From an uncultured Gemmatimonadales bacterium (GTDB lineage Bacteria; Gemmatimonadota; Gemmatimonadetes; Gemmatimonadales; GWC2-71-9): 64,000 nt of DNA. Positions 1 to 10,292 of this stretch are shown piece after piece. Location: assembly GCA_963720365.1 (NCBI GenBank), contig CAVRFK010000017.1, forward strand, positions 210,750-274,749, read 5' to 3'. Made by a program: the position numbers and the translations under genes. Numbering within the stretch: the first letter of the stretch is position 1; every line of letters begins with the position of its first letter. The notes below the pieces were generated by a model. The model ran no database searches. It was not told where the DNA came from and worked only from the letters and a program-made list of their open reading frames with translations.

Positions 1-471
1 GGACGCGAAGGTGAGACGGCCACCGCCCATGGTGTAGAACATGGGTTTCTGCCCGAAGTGGTCGCGCCCGACCAGCAGCCGGCGGTTGGTCCGATCCCAG
101 ATGGCGAACCCGAACATGCCGCGCAGCTTCGTCAGCATCTTCTCGCCGTACTGCTCGTACAGGTGGACCAGGGCCTCAGTGTCGCTGCGGGTGCGGAAGC
201 GGTGCCCCGCGGCCTCCAGCTCGGGACGCAGCTCGGGGTAGTTGTAGATCTCCCCGTTCATCACCACGACGACGGAGCCGTCCTCGTTGGTCTGCGGCTG
301 GTGTCCGCCGGCGATGTCGATGATGCTGAGCCGTCGCGCGCCGAGCCCGGTGCCGCCCTCGGTGAAGACGCCCCAGTCGTCCGGTCCCCGGTGCTGGATC
401 GCGTCGCACATGCAACGGATCTCGCGCTCGGTGACCGGTGCCGCGCCCGCGCGGCCGACGATGCCGCACAT
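1..471 (-). CDS. asnB: Asparagine synthase (glutamine-hydrolysing) family, N-terminal part; gene continues off the left edge
   Basis: Absent from the ORF track because it is edge-truncated. Reverse translation from ATG (471-469) reads MCGIVGRAGAAPVTEREIRCMCDAIQHRGPDDWGVFTEGGTGLGARRLSIIDIAGGHQPQ...NGEIYNY. This is the Cys2 Ntn glutamine-amidotransferase domain typical of AsnB-like enzymes. Confidence 0.85.
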   Translation of the reverse strand, partial: MCGIVGRAGAAPVTEREIRCMCDAIQHRGPDDWGVFTEGGTGLGARRLSIIDIAGGHQPQTNEDGSVVVVMNGEIYNYPELRPELEAAGHRFRTRSDTEALVHLYEQYGEKMLTKLRGMFGFAIWDRTNRRLLVGRDHFGQKPMFYTMGGGRLTFAS

Positions 472-472
472 A

Positions 473-1279
473 TCAGGCGGCCTTGTACGCCCGGGCGACC
501 ATCATATAGCCGGGCGAGAAGGGGATGAGCCGGTCGAGAAGGGTCCAGCCTCTGAGGGCGGGATAGATCGCCGAATACACCTTGTAGGCGGTGCCCACCT
601 TGTTCAGCGCCTCCGCGGACATGGGCGCGGTGTCACCGTGGAAGTCCTGCTCCGCGGGCTTCTTCCCCGCCATCGCCTTCCGGTGATAGGCATAGTTCAG
701 GAGGTCTTCCAGCGACTCGGTGAAGATGCGGCAGTAGTCGTCCACGGTGCGTACCGTGAGACCGTGGCGCTCCATCAGCGAGCGGGCCTGCGCCGGCGGA
801 TAACCGTCGCGCGCGTGGCCGAAGCCTTCCGCGTCCGCCGTGAAGCCGAGGACGCGCTTGAGCAGAAAGCCGGCGCGCCCGTGCTCGCCCTTGGGCGCCA
901 TGAAGAGGAATTCCCCGCCCGGCTTGAGCACCCGCACCATCTCGGCGAAGAAGCGGTCGTCGTCCTCGATGTGCTCCAGGAAGTTGATGGCGCAGACGAC
1001 GTCGAACGACGCCGTGGGATACGGCAGCGTCTTCTCCTCCACGAGGTCCACCCGCTCGCCGACCAGCTCGCGGGCGGACTTGACGTGGTCCTGCTCGAAA
1101 TCGCAGCTGGTCCAGGTGCCGCCGCGCTGGCGCAGGAAGTAGGAGGTGAGCCCGGTGCCGCACCCGACCTCCAGGCACTGCCGTCCTTCCACCGGCGGAA
1201 GGTTGTCGAGCAGCGCCTTCATCGTCTCCTTCTTCTTGAGGGAGCGACGGAACAACTGAATCTGCCACGGCTCGGTCAA
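473..1279 (-). CDS. Class I SAM-dependent methyltransferase
   Basis: ORF 473..1363 contains the LEVGCGTGLTSYFL SAM-binding motif. The ATG at 1363 would overlap the upstream gene by 70 nt. A TTG at 1279 (LTEPWQIQLFRRSLKKKE...) lies just after the upstream stop and is the more likely start. Confidence 0.8.
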   Translation of the reverse strand: MTEPWQIQLFRRSLKKKETMKALLDNLPPVEGRQCLEVGCGTGLTSYFLRQRGGTWTSCDFEQDHVKSARELVGERVDLVEEKTLPYPTASFDVVCAINFLEHIEDDDRFFAEMVRVLKPGGEFLFMAPKGEHGRAGFLLKRVLGFTADAEGFGHARDGYPPAQARSLMERHGLTVRTVDDYCRIFTESLEDLLNYAYHRKAMAGKKPAEQDFHGDTAPMSAEALNKVGTAYKVYSAIYPALRGWTLLDRLIPFSPGYMMVARAYKAA

Positions 1280-1292
1280 CGTCCGCCTCCGC

Positions 1293-2294
1293 TCACGATG
1301 CCAGGGCGCCGGAGCGCCGATAGTCGTCCAGGGTGCGCCGGATCCCATCCGGCAAGTCCACACGCGGCATCCAGTCCAGAGCCTGCCGCGCCCGCGTGGT
1401 ATCGAACTCCGAGTCGCTCCAGAAGAAATCCATCCGCCGGCGGTAGATCGGCGGATCCACCTTCACGACCCGCGCGACATCCTCCACGACCGCGGCCAGC
1501 GCGAGCATCGGCGCGAGCGGCAGCTTCGGGCCGAACTTCTTGCTTCCCGTCGCCAGCTCCACTTCGGCGATCAGCTCGCGCAGGGTGCAGGGCTTGGGCC
1601 CCGCGAGGATGAAGCTCCCGCCGAGGGCCTGGTCGCGTTCGCAGGCGCGGAAGAACCCGGAGACGACGTCGTCCACGTAGATCATGTGCCGGCGTCCGGC
1701 CCCGTCGCCGAAGAGCGGGAACTTTCCCGCGCTCACGCCCTTGAACAGCTTGAGCAGCCGCTGGTCTCGGGGCCCGTAGACGTCGGCCGGCCGCAGGATC
1801 ACGCGCGGCAGCGAGCGTTCCGCCCCGAACTCGCGCACCATCCGCTCGGCCGCGACCTTCGTTCGCTCGTAGATGTTCCCCGGCGCGAGCGGCGAGTCTT
1901 CCCGGGTGATGCCCGCCGCGCGATGCCCGTAGATCCCGATCGTGCTGCAGTAGACGAACCGCCGCACGTCCTCCTCGACCGACGCCTCCAACAGCCGATG
2001 CGTGCCGTCCAGGTTGACCGACTCGAAGAACTCGTCGGCCTTGGCGCCTTCCCGCATCGCCACGGCGAGATGGAACACGTGCGTCGCGCCACGCACCGCC
2101 CGGCGACATAGCTCCGCGTCCGTGATGCTGCCCGACAGGACCTCGACGCCCAGGCCGCGCAGCAGCTCTGCGTTGGCCTGCTCCTCCGGCCGCCCGGTCA
2201 AACCGAGCACGACGACTTCCGCACCGAGCCGCCTGCCCTGCTCCGCCAGATGTGAGCCGATGAATCCGGTTCCGCCGGTGACCAGCAGCCTCAT
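1293..2294 (-). CDS. NAD-dependent epimerase/dehydratase (extended SDR)
   Basis: 333-aa ORF. The N-terminus MRLLVTGGTGFIGSHL is a Rossmann GxxGxxG motif, and YCSTIGIYG-type SDR motifs follow. Confidence 0.85.
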   Translation of the reverse strand: MRLLVTGGTGFIGSHLAEQGRRLGAEVVVLGLTGRPEEQANAELLRGLGVEVLSGSITDAELCRRAVRGATHVFHLAVAMREGAKADEFFESVNLDGTHRLLEASVEEDVRRFVYCSTIGIYGHRAAGITREDSPLAPGNIYERTKVAAERMVREFGAERSLPRVILRPADVYGPRDQRLLKLFKGVSAGKFPLFGDGAGRRHMIYVDDVVSGFFRACERDQALGGSFILAGPKPCTLRELIAEVELATGSKKFGPKLPLAPMLALAAVVEDVARVVKVDPPIYRRRMDFFWSDSEFDTTRARQALDWMPRVDLPDGIRRTLDDYRRSGALAS

Positions 2295-3403
2295 CCGTAG
2301 CGCTGCTCCAGGGCAGCCACGATGCGCTCGCTCGCGCGGCCGTCACCGTAGGGACTGACGGCGTTCGCCATCCGGTCGTAGGCGGCGGTGGACGAGAGGA
2401 GCTCGCTGGCGGTGCTCACGATGCGTTGCCGGTCGGTTCCCACCACGACGGCGGTGCCGGCCGTCACGCCCTCGGGGCGCTCCGTCGTCTCCCGCAGCAC
2501 CAGCACCGGCTTGCCGAGGCTCGGCGCCTCTTCCTGGACTCCACCGCTGTCGGTCAGGATGATGTGCGCCCGGGCCATGAGGTGGACGAACTCGACGTAA
2601 TCCACCGGCGGGATCAGCCGGACCCGAGGCGTGTGGCAGAGCGCGGCCTCGACCGGGCCCTTCACGTTCGGATTGGGATGGACCGGCAGCACGACCTCGA
2701 TGTCGGGAAAGGCGTTCACCAGGTCGTTGATCGCGGCGCAGGTCTCCCGCAGCGGCGCGCCGAAACTCTCACGGCGGTGCGTCGTCACCAGGACGACCCG
2801 CGAGCGCGGATCGAGCGAGGCGAGCGCCGGCGTGGTGAAGCTGTAGTCCTGCTTGAGCGTCGAGAGCAGCGCGTCGATCACCGTGTTGCCGGTCAGCAGC
2901 ACGTTCTCCGTCGGTACGCCCTCGGCGAGCAGGCGGTCGCGCGCCTCGGTGGTCGGCGCGAAGTGCAGGTCGGCGAGCCGGGTGGTGAGCACCCGGTTCA
3001 TCTCTTCCGGAAACGGATGGTAGCGGTTGCCGGTGCGGAGGCCCGCCTCGACGTGGCAGGAAGGGATGCGCTCCAGGTACGCGGCGAACGACGACGCGAA
3101 GGTCGTCATCGTATCGCCCTGCACCAGCAGGACGTCCGGCTTGATCTCGCGCAGGAGCGGCGGCAGGCGGTCGAGCACCCGCGCGGCCACGCCCGCGGGC
3201 GACTGTCCCGGGGTCATGATCTGGAGGTCGTGGTCGGCGCGGAGGGCGAAGACGTCGAGCACCTGGTCGAGCATGTCGCGATGTTGGGCGGAGACGCAGA
3301 CGATGCTTTCGAAGCGGTCGGGGCGGGCCTCCAGCCGGTGGACGACGGGCGCCATCTTGATCGCCTCCGGCCTGGTGCCGAAGACGCTGAGCACCCGGAT
3401 CAT
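2291..3403 (-). CDS. wecB: UDP-N-acetylglucosamine 2-epimerase (non-hydrolysing)
   Basis: 370-aa ORF starting MIRVLSVFGTRPEAIKMAPV, with ...TDSGGVQEEAPSLGKPVLVLRETTERPE. These are canonical WecB/MnaA motifs. It overlaps the downstream gene by 4 nt. Confidence 0.9.
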   Translation of the reverse strand: MIRVLSVFGTRPEAIKMAPVVHRLEARPDRFESIVCVSAQHRDMLDQVLDVFALRADHDLQIMTPGQSPAGVAARVLDRLPPLLREIKPDVLLVQGDTMTTFASSFAAYLERIPSCHVEAGLRTGNRYHPFPEEMNRVLTTRLADLHFAPTTEARDRLLAEGVPTENVLLTGNTVIDALLSTLKQDYSFTTPALASLDPRSRVVLVTTHRRESFGAPLRETCAAINDLVNAFPDIEVVLPVHPNPNVKGPVEAALCHTPRVRLIPPVDYVEFVHLMARAHIILTDSGGVQEEAPSLGKPVLVLRETTERPEGVTAGTAVVVGTDRQRIVSTASELLSSTAAYDRMANAVSPYGDGRASERIVAALEQRYG

Positions 3404-4258
3404 CGGGCGGGGACGCCAGCCTGGAGCCGCTCCGCCAGCGCCTGCATGGTGACGAACCGGAACCCGCGCTCCACGACGCGAGCGAACACCGAGCGCAGGA
3501 CCTGTTCCCTCACGCCCTCGTAGCAGGGATGCCCATACAGCACGACGAGGTCGCGTCCCTCGAGGTGGCGGTCGAGCTCATCGAGCACCTGCGGCTGCGG
3601 GGTGTTCCGCGCCCCGTGGTACTCCAGGAACGGCACGGTGCCCGGACCGCACAGCGTGACGGGGATGGTCCAGTGGCGGAGCTCCCGGCCATCAGCGGTG
3701 GCGCGACGGGGCTCGCCGCCGATCGCGTCGCCGTTGTAGGTGAAGCCCATCCGGTCGAGCATGCCCATCACCCGATCATCGGAGTAGAAGCCGGGCGAGG
3801 AGAATCCCGCCGGTTTCCCGAGATGACGGACGAAGTGGCCGTAGGAGACGTCCACGTCGGCGTAGAGCACGTCGTCGGGCAGCTGGTGGAAGCGGCGGCT
3901 CCAGATCACGTGGTCCATGCCGCCGTGGAGACCGAGCTCGTGCCCCTCCTCCTGCATCGCCTGGAGGACCGGGATGAAGCGGAGCCCGACGGGACGGTGC
4001 AGCGCCGTCTCCAGCAGGAATCGCGGCCAACCCGTTTTCTGGATGAGGTGGACGGCGTTCTTGTCGGCGAGCTTGGCGCGCGAGCGAACGATTCCCTTCC
4101 CCAGCCATTCGCGGAGGTTGGTGGACTGCCCCAGGTTCACGAAGAAGGTGTTGGGGACGCCGAAATCGCGGCAGACCGAGCGGATCCGTGGCAGCCCGTC
4201 CGTGACGCACACCCGATGATCCACATCCCAGCGGAAAATGAAGAGCCGGTCGCTCACC
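3400..4258 (-). CDS. Polysaccharide deacetylase-like protein (C-terminal half of the 737-aa ORF as assembled)
   Basis: A GTG at 4258-4256 begins VSDRLFIFRWDVDHRVCV...GLHGGMDHVIWSRRF..., which is deacetylase-like. This GTG overlaps (GTGA) the stop of the frame-corrected GT4 gene upstream. Confidence 0.6.
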
Positions 4259-5613
4259 GGTTCACCCGAGCCCCGACCTCGAGATAGAGACGTTCGAACT
4301 GCTCGGCGGACCGGTCCCAGTCGAAGAGTCGGAGAGCGCGCTCGCGGCCCGCCGACTCCCATCCGCCGGCGCCGCTCGGGATCGGCCAGCAGCGAGCCGA
4401 TCGCGCCGGCGAGAGCGTCCGTGTCGCCGCGGGGCACGACCAAGCCGGTGACGCCGTGCTCCACGACCTCGGGGAGGCCTCCGGCGTCGCTCGCGACCAC
4501 CGCGACCTCGCAGCCCATCGCCTCCGCGGCCGGGATGCCGAAGCCCTCTTCCAGCGAGGGGATGACGGAGATGGCGGCGGCGCGATAGTACTCGGGCAGC
4601 GCGATGTTGGGCACCCAGCCGAGGAAGGTGACGTCGTCGCTGATGCCGAGCTCGCCGGCGAGCTTCACGAGCGCGGGCCGCTCGAAGCCATCGCCGGCGA
4701 GCACCAGCTTGAGCTCGGGGAACCGCGGCTTGAGCTGCGCGACGGCCTCGACGAGGAAGCGGATACCCTTCCGGGGAAACAGCTGCCGGCAGGCGAAGAT
4801 CATCTGCGGACCGAAGCGCGGATCCACCCCGTTGCCGTGCGGCGAGGGGCTGAAGCGGCGGAGATCGGTGCCGTTGAAGATCAGGCGAATCGCGGCTTCG
4901 GGCGCGCCGGCGCGGAGTGCGTGCTGGCGGCAGTCGTCGGTGATGGCGGTGAGGGCGTCGGCCCGGCCCAGCGTCCAGCGCAACGGCGGACGCACGTACC
5001 AGCGGGTCGGGAAGTCGTACCCCTGCTCGGGGTTCACGTAGACGTCGCCGCCGTGCATCGTGATCACGCTGGGAATCTTGAGCCGCCGCGCCGCGGAGAC
5101 CGCCGCCGGACCGGTGGGAATGGCCCAGTGGGCGTGGACGACGTCGGCGCCCATTTCGCGGGCGACCGAGACCGTGGCGCGATACTGGGCCTCCATGTAA
5201 TGCGCCATGACTGCCAGGCGGGCAAACCGCCCCAGCATGCTGACCTTGCCCTGGGCCACGCGGCCGTAGGTGAGGTCCGAAGGCAGCTCCATCGGGAACC
5301 GGACGACGTCCACCCCGTCGAAGCGATCTTCCGACGGAAGTGAGCGGTCCCCCGGGGTGACGACGGTGACCCGATTCCCCCGGCGCACCAGGTGCCGGTT
5401 GATGTCGTGGACGTACGTCGCCTGGGTGTCCGTGGCGTGCTGCGGGTACCAGTACGTGGGACAGACGATGCGCAACGTGGCCCCCGGCCGCCGTGAGCTT
5501 GGCTGGGACACGTCAGGCGTCGCGACTTCCAGCGCCCCTCTGCTCATGACGTTCCCCGAGGAAATACCTAGTGGTCCGGAGCGGTGAACACGAGCCGTAA
5601 GTTCAACATCCAT
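4255..5613 (-). CDS. Family 4 glycosyltransferase (GT4); a frame break near 4358-4360 fuses it to the downstream deacetylase in the assembled sequence
   Basis: N-terminal part of ORF 3400..5613 (HAHWAIPTG, EGFGIPAAEAMGCEVAVVASDAGGLPEVV). After ...DPERRRRMG the alternative frame reads ESAGRERALRLFDWDRSAEQFERLYLEVGARVNR-stop. That is a typical GT4 C-terminus and it ends at 4255-4257. The true start is uncertain. Confidence 0.7.
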
Positions 5614-5757
5614 GCCACGTCAGGACACTTCCGGGCGGCTCGATTTCGCCTCCTGAGAAGCGCGCCGGGGGCGGTCCTGCCGTGCGGGTGCAACAATTGG
5701 CGGCATGGCCGGCACAGGATCTTAATCGGATTTTGCAACACTGTGCAGTGACGGGGG

Positions 5758-6193
5758 TTACTCAAGCAGGGCACGAACGCGGGCGGCCAGGTCCTCCTGG
5801 GTGAAGGGTTTGGCGATGAACGGGGCGCCCGGCTCGAGGAGCCCGCCCCGGAAGACTTCGGAGGCGAAGCCGGACATGTAGAGAATCGGCCTTGTCCGGC
5901 CAGCGCCCCTCGATGTGACGGCCCAGCTCGCGGCCGTTCATCCCGGGCATCTTGATGTCGGTGAGGATCAGGTGGATGGGGCCGTGGTGCTCTTCGATCG
6001 TCGCGAGGGCTTCCCGGCCGTGCCGGGCTTCGAGGGCCTGATAGCCCATCCAGGTGAGCATCCGGCACGCGAGCCGCCGGACGGCCTCTTCATCGTCGAC
6101 GACGAGTACGGTGTAGCCGCCGGGAGGCCGCTCCGGACGGGGCGCCGGGGAGGGCGCGCCGGAGGGTGACGGCGAATTGCGCAGGACTGACAT
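5758..6193 (-). CDS. Stand-alone response-regulator receiver (CheY-like), one frame break near 5885-5900
   Basis: ORF 5762..6193 gives YTVLVVDDEEAVRRL...LILTDIKMPGMNGRELG. After a 1-nt shift the frame continues RPILYMSGFASEVFRGGLLEPGAPFIAKPFTQEDLAARVRALLE-stop at 5758-5760. Confidence 0.7.
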
Positions 6194-6290
6194 GGTGTGG
6201 GAGCGAAGGTAGCCAGAGTTTGTGGGGGTTGCAAACGGGGGACTCCCGACGCACCCTCAGCGGAATTAAGTTCCGCTGCCGAAACAAGCT

Positions 6291-6380
<90 letters not shown>

Positions 6381-6396
6381 TTAGATTCGCACTTCC

Positions 6397-7842
6397 ATGG
6401 CATCTCCCCGAGTCCGTTTCGCCCCCTCGCCAACCGGCTACCTCCACGTTGGCGGCGCCCGCACGGCGCTGTTCAACTGGCTTTACGCCCGCCACACGGG
6501 CGGCACGCTGGTGCTCCGGATCGAAGACACCGACCGCGAGCGCAGCACCGAAGCCCATACCAAGGTCATCCTCGACGGCCTGAGCTGGCTCGGGATCACG
6601 TGGGACGAGGGCCCGCTCTTCCAGGGCGAGTACGGGCCGCGCCATCGGGCCGATGCCGAGCGGCTGGTCGCCGAAGGCACGGCGTACCGGTGCTTCTGCA
6701 CCCGGGAGGAGCTGGAAGCGCAGCGCAAAGAGGCGGAGGCCGCCGGGCGGCGTGTTCCGCTACGACCGCCGCTGCCACCGGCTGCCGGCCGAAGAGGTCG
6801 CGCGCCGGCACGCGGCGGGGATGCCCTCGACCATCCGCTTTTTCCTGCCGGACGACGAGATCGCCTGGGACGACGCCGTTCACGGGCGCATCAGCTTCCA
6901 GGGCCGCGATCTCGACGACTTCGTCATCCTGCGCAGCGACGGCTCCGCCATCTACAACATGGCGGTGGTCAGCGACGACATCGCGATGGACATCACCCAC
7001 GTCATCCGGGGTGACGACCACATCTCGAACACGCCGAAGCAGATCGCGCTCTACCGGGCGCTCGGGCCACGAGCTGCCGGTGTTCGCGCACGTGCCGATG
7101 ATCCTGGGTACCGACGGGAAGAAGCTGTCCAAGCGGCACGGGGCCACCGCCGTCGGTGACTACCAGGACCAGGGGATCCTCGCGCCCGCGATGCGCAACT
7201 TCCTCGCGCTGCTCGGCTGGTCGCCCGGGAGGCGACCGCGAGATCGTGCCCGAGGAGGAGATGATCCAGCTCTTCACGCTCGACGGGATCCAGAAGAAGG
7301 CCGCCGTCTTCGACACGACCAAGCTCGAGTGGATGAACGGCCAGTATCTCAGCGCCCTGTCCGCCGAGGAGCTGCTGGCGCCCGTTCGGCGGCGGCTGGA
7401 GCAGATCGGCGTGTCCGACGGCGGCCGCGACCTCCGGCCGCTGATCGACTCGGTGAAGTCGCGCGCGCGGACGATCCTCGACGTCGCCGACCGGGTGGCG
7501 GTGCGGCTCGACCCTTCGCGCTCGCAGCTGGACGAGAAGGGCCAGGCCTTGATCAGGAAGATGGGACCCGCCTTCTCGGACAATCTGGTGCGCGCGGCCG
7601 ACGCGCTGGAGACCTTGCGCAACGGCGCCTGGACCGCCGACCGCTTGCTCGAGTGCCTCAAGGGCGTGGCCGAGTCCGCCGGCGTCAAGCTGGGCGACGC
7701 GATGCAGCCGATCCGGGTCGCGCTCACCGGCTCCACGGTGTCCGAGCCGGTGAACGAGCTGCTCGAGGTGGTGGGACCGGAGCGCAGCCTCGCGCGGATC
7801 CGCGAGGTGGCCAGGACCACCGGAGAGCCGCCCGCGGCGTGA
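6397..7842 (+). CDS. gltX: Glutamyl-tRNA synthetase; needs three frame changes (about 6745-6752, 7064-7066, 7224-7230)
   Basis: The sequence [24 protein letters not shown] (HIGH-type motif) continues in a second frame as [10 protein letters not shown]...[23 protein letters not shown] third frame carries [25 protein letters not shown] (KMSKS-type motif). A fourth carries [23 protein letters not shown]... Confidence 0.85.
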
Positions 7843-9077
7843 GGGCCCGCGCCGGGCTGGGAATCGCGCTCCTGATCCTGGGCGCCTGTGCCAAGGCGCC
7901 GCCCGCGCCGCCGAGCACCGGTCCCCGCTCCCGACTCCGCTCCTCCCCCGCCACCGATTCCCCAGCCGTCGCCTCCGGCCGCCGCCGTCGAGCCGCCTCC
8001 GCCGCCGCGGACTTCTCTCGTCCGTGACCTTCGCGTTCGCGGGCGACATCAACCTCGGCACGCTGACGGTGCCGGGCGGCGTGCCGCCGCGCGAAGGTCA
8101 GGGGCTGTTCGACGCCTCGAAGCCCGCGCTCACGGGCGACCTCGTGATCGGCAACTTCGAGGGGGTACTCGGCGACAGCGGCACCACGTACAAGTGCGGC
8201 CGGCTCGGCAAGCATGTCACCTTCGCCGACACGGTGACACCCAAGCCGCCGCCGGTCGAGCGCAAGCGCAAGAAGAAGCCGGAGCCGCCCCGGACCTGCT
8301 ACGCCTTCCTCACACCGGTGATGCTGGCGCCGCGGCTGGTGGACGGCGGGTTCACCCATCTCAATCTCGCCAACAACCACGCCAGCGATTTCGGCGCCGG
8401 ACGCCCGCGCTACGACCGAACGCGTCCTCGACTCGCTCGGCCTCCGCACCTACGGTCCGCTCGGCAGCATCGCGATGGACACCGTGCGGCGGGGTGACAG
8501 CCTCACGACGGTGGGCGTGATCGGCTTCACGACGTACCCCTACGCCTACGACCTGCTCGACATCGCGCGCAGCGCGGCGGTGGTGGACTCGGTTCGGCCG
8601 ATGGTGGACCTGCTGGTGGTGACGTTCCACGGTGGCGCCGAAGGATCGAAGGCGCTGCACGTACCGGAGGCCGCGGAATCGCTCAGCCGGGAGCCGCGCG
8701 GCGACCTTCGAGCCTGGGCCCGCGCGGTCATCGATGCCGGGGCCGACGCGGTCGTCGGCCACGGCCCGCACGTGCTGCGCGGGATCGAGTTCTACCAGGG
8801 AAAGCCGATCGCCTACTCGCTGGGGAATTTTCTCACCTATCGTGGGTTCAACCTGGCGGGCCCGCTCGGCCTGACCGGCGTGCTTCAGTTCGAGCTCGGC
8901 CCCGACCGCGCCTGGAGACGCGGCCGGTTCGTGCCGATGATGCAGCTCCCGCTCGCCGGACCCGCGCCGGACTCGACGCGCGCCGCGCTGGACCTGATCC
9001 GGACGCTCTCCCGGGAGGATTTTCCGGACTCCGCCGCCCGCTTCACCGAGGATGGTGAGATCCTGCCGCCGGAGTAG
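7839..9077 (+). CDS. CapA-family (PGA_cap metallophosphatase-like) lipoprotein; 2-3 frame breaks
   Basis: GTG at 7839 overlaps the gltX stop. The product has signal plus lipobox LLILGAC, a Pro-rich linker, then [12 protein letters not shown]...[13 protein letters not shown] shift near 8398 leads to [19 protein letters not shown]...[10 protein letters not shown]...[11 protein letters not shown]. Alternative reading: a 62-aa ORF 7839..8027 plus a separate CapA gene starting at GTG 8024. Confidence 0.65.
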
Positions 9078-9124
9078 CCTCGGGGTTACTTGCCCCCCAC
9101 GTCCGACCGCTCTACTGATTCTGC

Positions 9125-9700
9125 ATGACCGAACCCACTCAACCCACTTCCGACGACGGGCCGCCGAGTCCCGCGGCGATCGCCGCCACCGAGAATCCCG
9201 TGCAGCTCACGGTGGGACTGGTGGAAGACATGCGGATTCCCGACGGGATGGTCTGCATGGGGAGCTATCGCCATGGGCGGCTCGTCGCGCGCTCGGTGAT
9301 GCCGCCGGAGGCGTGGGCGCAGATCGACGAGTACGGAATCTTCGACGAGCCGGTGCAGGTCGTCCTGGTCGCCCGCGCGGCGCCTCCCGGCATCCAGTGC
9401 CAGCTGTACGCCATGGTGGAGCTGCCGGACGAGGAGGAGGACGAGCCGGATGAGCCCTGGGCGGCGAGCGTGCCGGGGTCGTCCTACGAGGCGTCGCTGG
9501 AGGAGTCCGAAGAAGACGAGGAGGAGGAGGACGAGCCGCGGGTGGCGCCGATTCCGCTGGGGCACATCGTGCGGTACGAGCGGGACCGGGTGCATCCGGA
9601 GAGTTTGCCGCTCGAAGCGGTGGACCTGCTGCGGAAGATCATCGACGGGAAGACGGCGGAGGTGGTGGACCGGGCGCTGGCGGACCTGCTCGGGCTCTAG
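9125..9700 (+). CDS. Hypothetical acidic protein
   Basis: 191-aa ORF with protein-like composition and a Glu/Asp-rich tract. I recognise no family. Confidence 0.5.
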   Translation: MTEPTQPTSDDGPPSPAAIAATENPVQLTVGLVEDMRIPDGMVCMGSYRHGRLVARSVMPPEAWAQIDEYGIFDEPVQVVLVARAAPPGIQCQLYAMVELPDEEEDEPDEPWAASVPGSSYEASLEESEEDEEEEDEPRVAPIPLGHIVRYERDRVHPESLPLEAVDLLRKIIDGKTAEVVDRALADLLGL

Positions 9701-9719
9701 GGCTCTCTAGCAGGATTGA

Positions 9720-9841
9720 GCCGCAGATGAACGCAGATGAACGCAGATTGGAAGGTCGATAGGAGTTGGGGGTGGCCGCCCACCACCCCCCAAAAAACTC
9801 GAGAGACTTCTCTTCTGCGTTCATCTGCGTTCATCTGCGGC
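9720..9841. repeat. Nested inverted repeat between convergent genes
   Basis: The 28-nt arm GCCGCAGATGAACGCAGATGAACGCAGA (9720-9747) has its perfect reverse complement at 9814-9841. Each arm holds two tandem copies of GATGAACGCA. The 66-nt spacer contains an inner hairpin, GGGGGTGG-CCGC-..CCACCCCC. Confidence 0.85.
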
Positions 9842-9848
9842 CACTATC

Positions 9849-10292
9849 CTAGACAAACACCCCCGTCCTGAACCGCCAGATCCTGCCGAGCAGATCGTCC
9901 AGCATCCCGCGCGTCGCGAACACCTCCACCGCATTCGCCGTCGCCGCCGCGTCCGCGCCCCAGAGCGCCGCACGCTTGAGATCCCCCTCGAAATCCGCCT
10001 GGATGAACACCCGGTCTTCGCTGCTGTAGATCGTCGGCAGCGTCTCGGAGAACTCCTGCGCGACGCCGTTGGCGCCGGGGCCGCCGATGGCGACCGTGGG
10101 GTTCAGGTGGAAGATCCGGTTCTCCAGGTACCAGAGATCGGCCACGACTACCGCACGGCGGTACGCGTGTCCGGCCCCGCGCCGGTCGATCTCCGCCTTG
10201 AGCAGATAGGCGAGCGGCCGATCCCGCTCCTCCGCCGTGAGGGACGCGCCGGTCACCAGCACGACGGTCTCCTCGGTGTCCACCAGCTTCAC
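9849..10292 (-). CDS. Hypothetical protein
   Basis: 147-aa ORF with normal composition. Its start overlaps the upstream stop by 4 nt. No family recognised. Confidence 0.55.
   Translation of the reverse strand: MKLVDTEETVVLVTGASLTAEERDRPLAYLLKAEIDRRGAGHAYRRAVVVADLWYLENRIFHLNPTVAIGGPGANGVAQEFSETLPTIYSSEDRVFIQADFEGDLKRAALWGADAAATANAVEVFATRGMLDDLLGRIWRFRTGVFV

Noticed and set aside
6397-7842. gltX as a genuine pseudogene.
   Set aside because: This is the only GluRS gene in view and the enzyme is normally essential. All motifs are intact once three 1-nt shifts are allowed. Similar breaks occur in smc and ispE. Sequencing or assembly indels are far more likely.
7839-8027. Independent 62-aa lipoprotein gene between gltX and the CapA-like gene.
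   Set aside because: After the lipobox the sequence is Arg/Ser/Pro junk, whereas an alternative frame gives a Pro-rich linker that leads into the CapA domain. I therefore treat it as the frameshifted N-terminus of the CapA-like lipoprotein. The GTGA overlap at 8024 keeps the two-gene reading possible.
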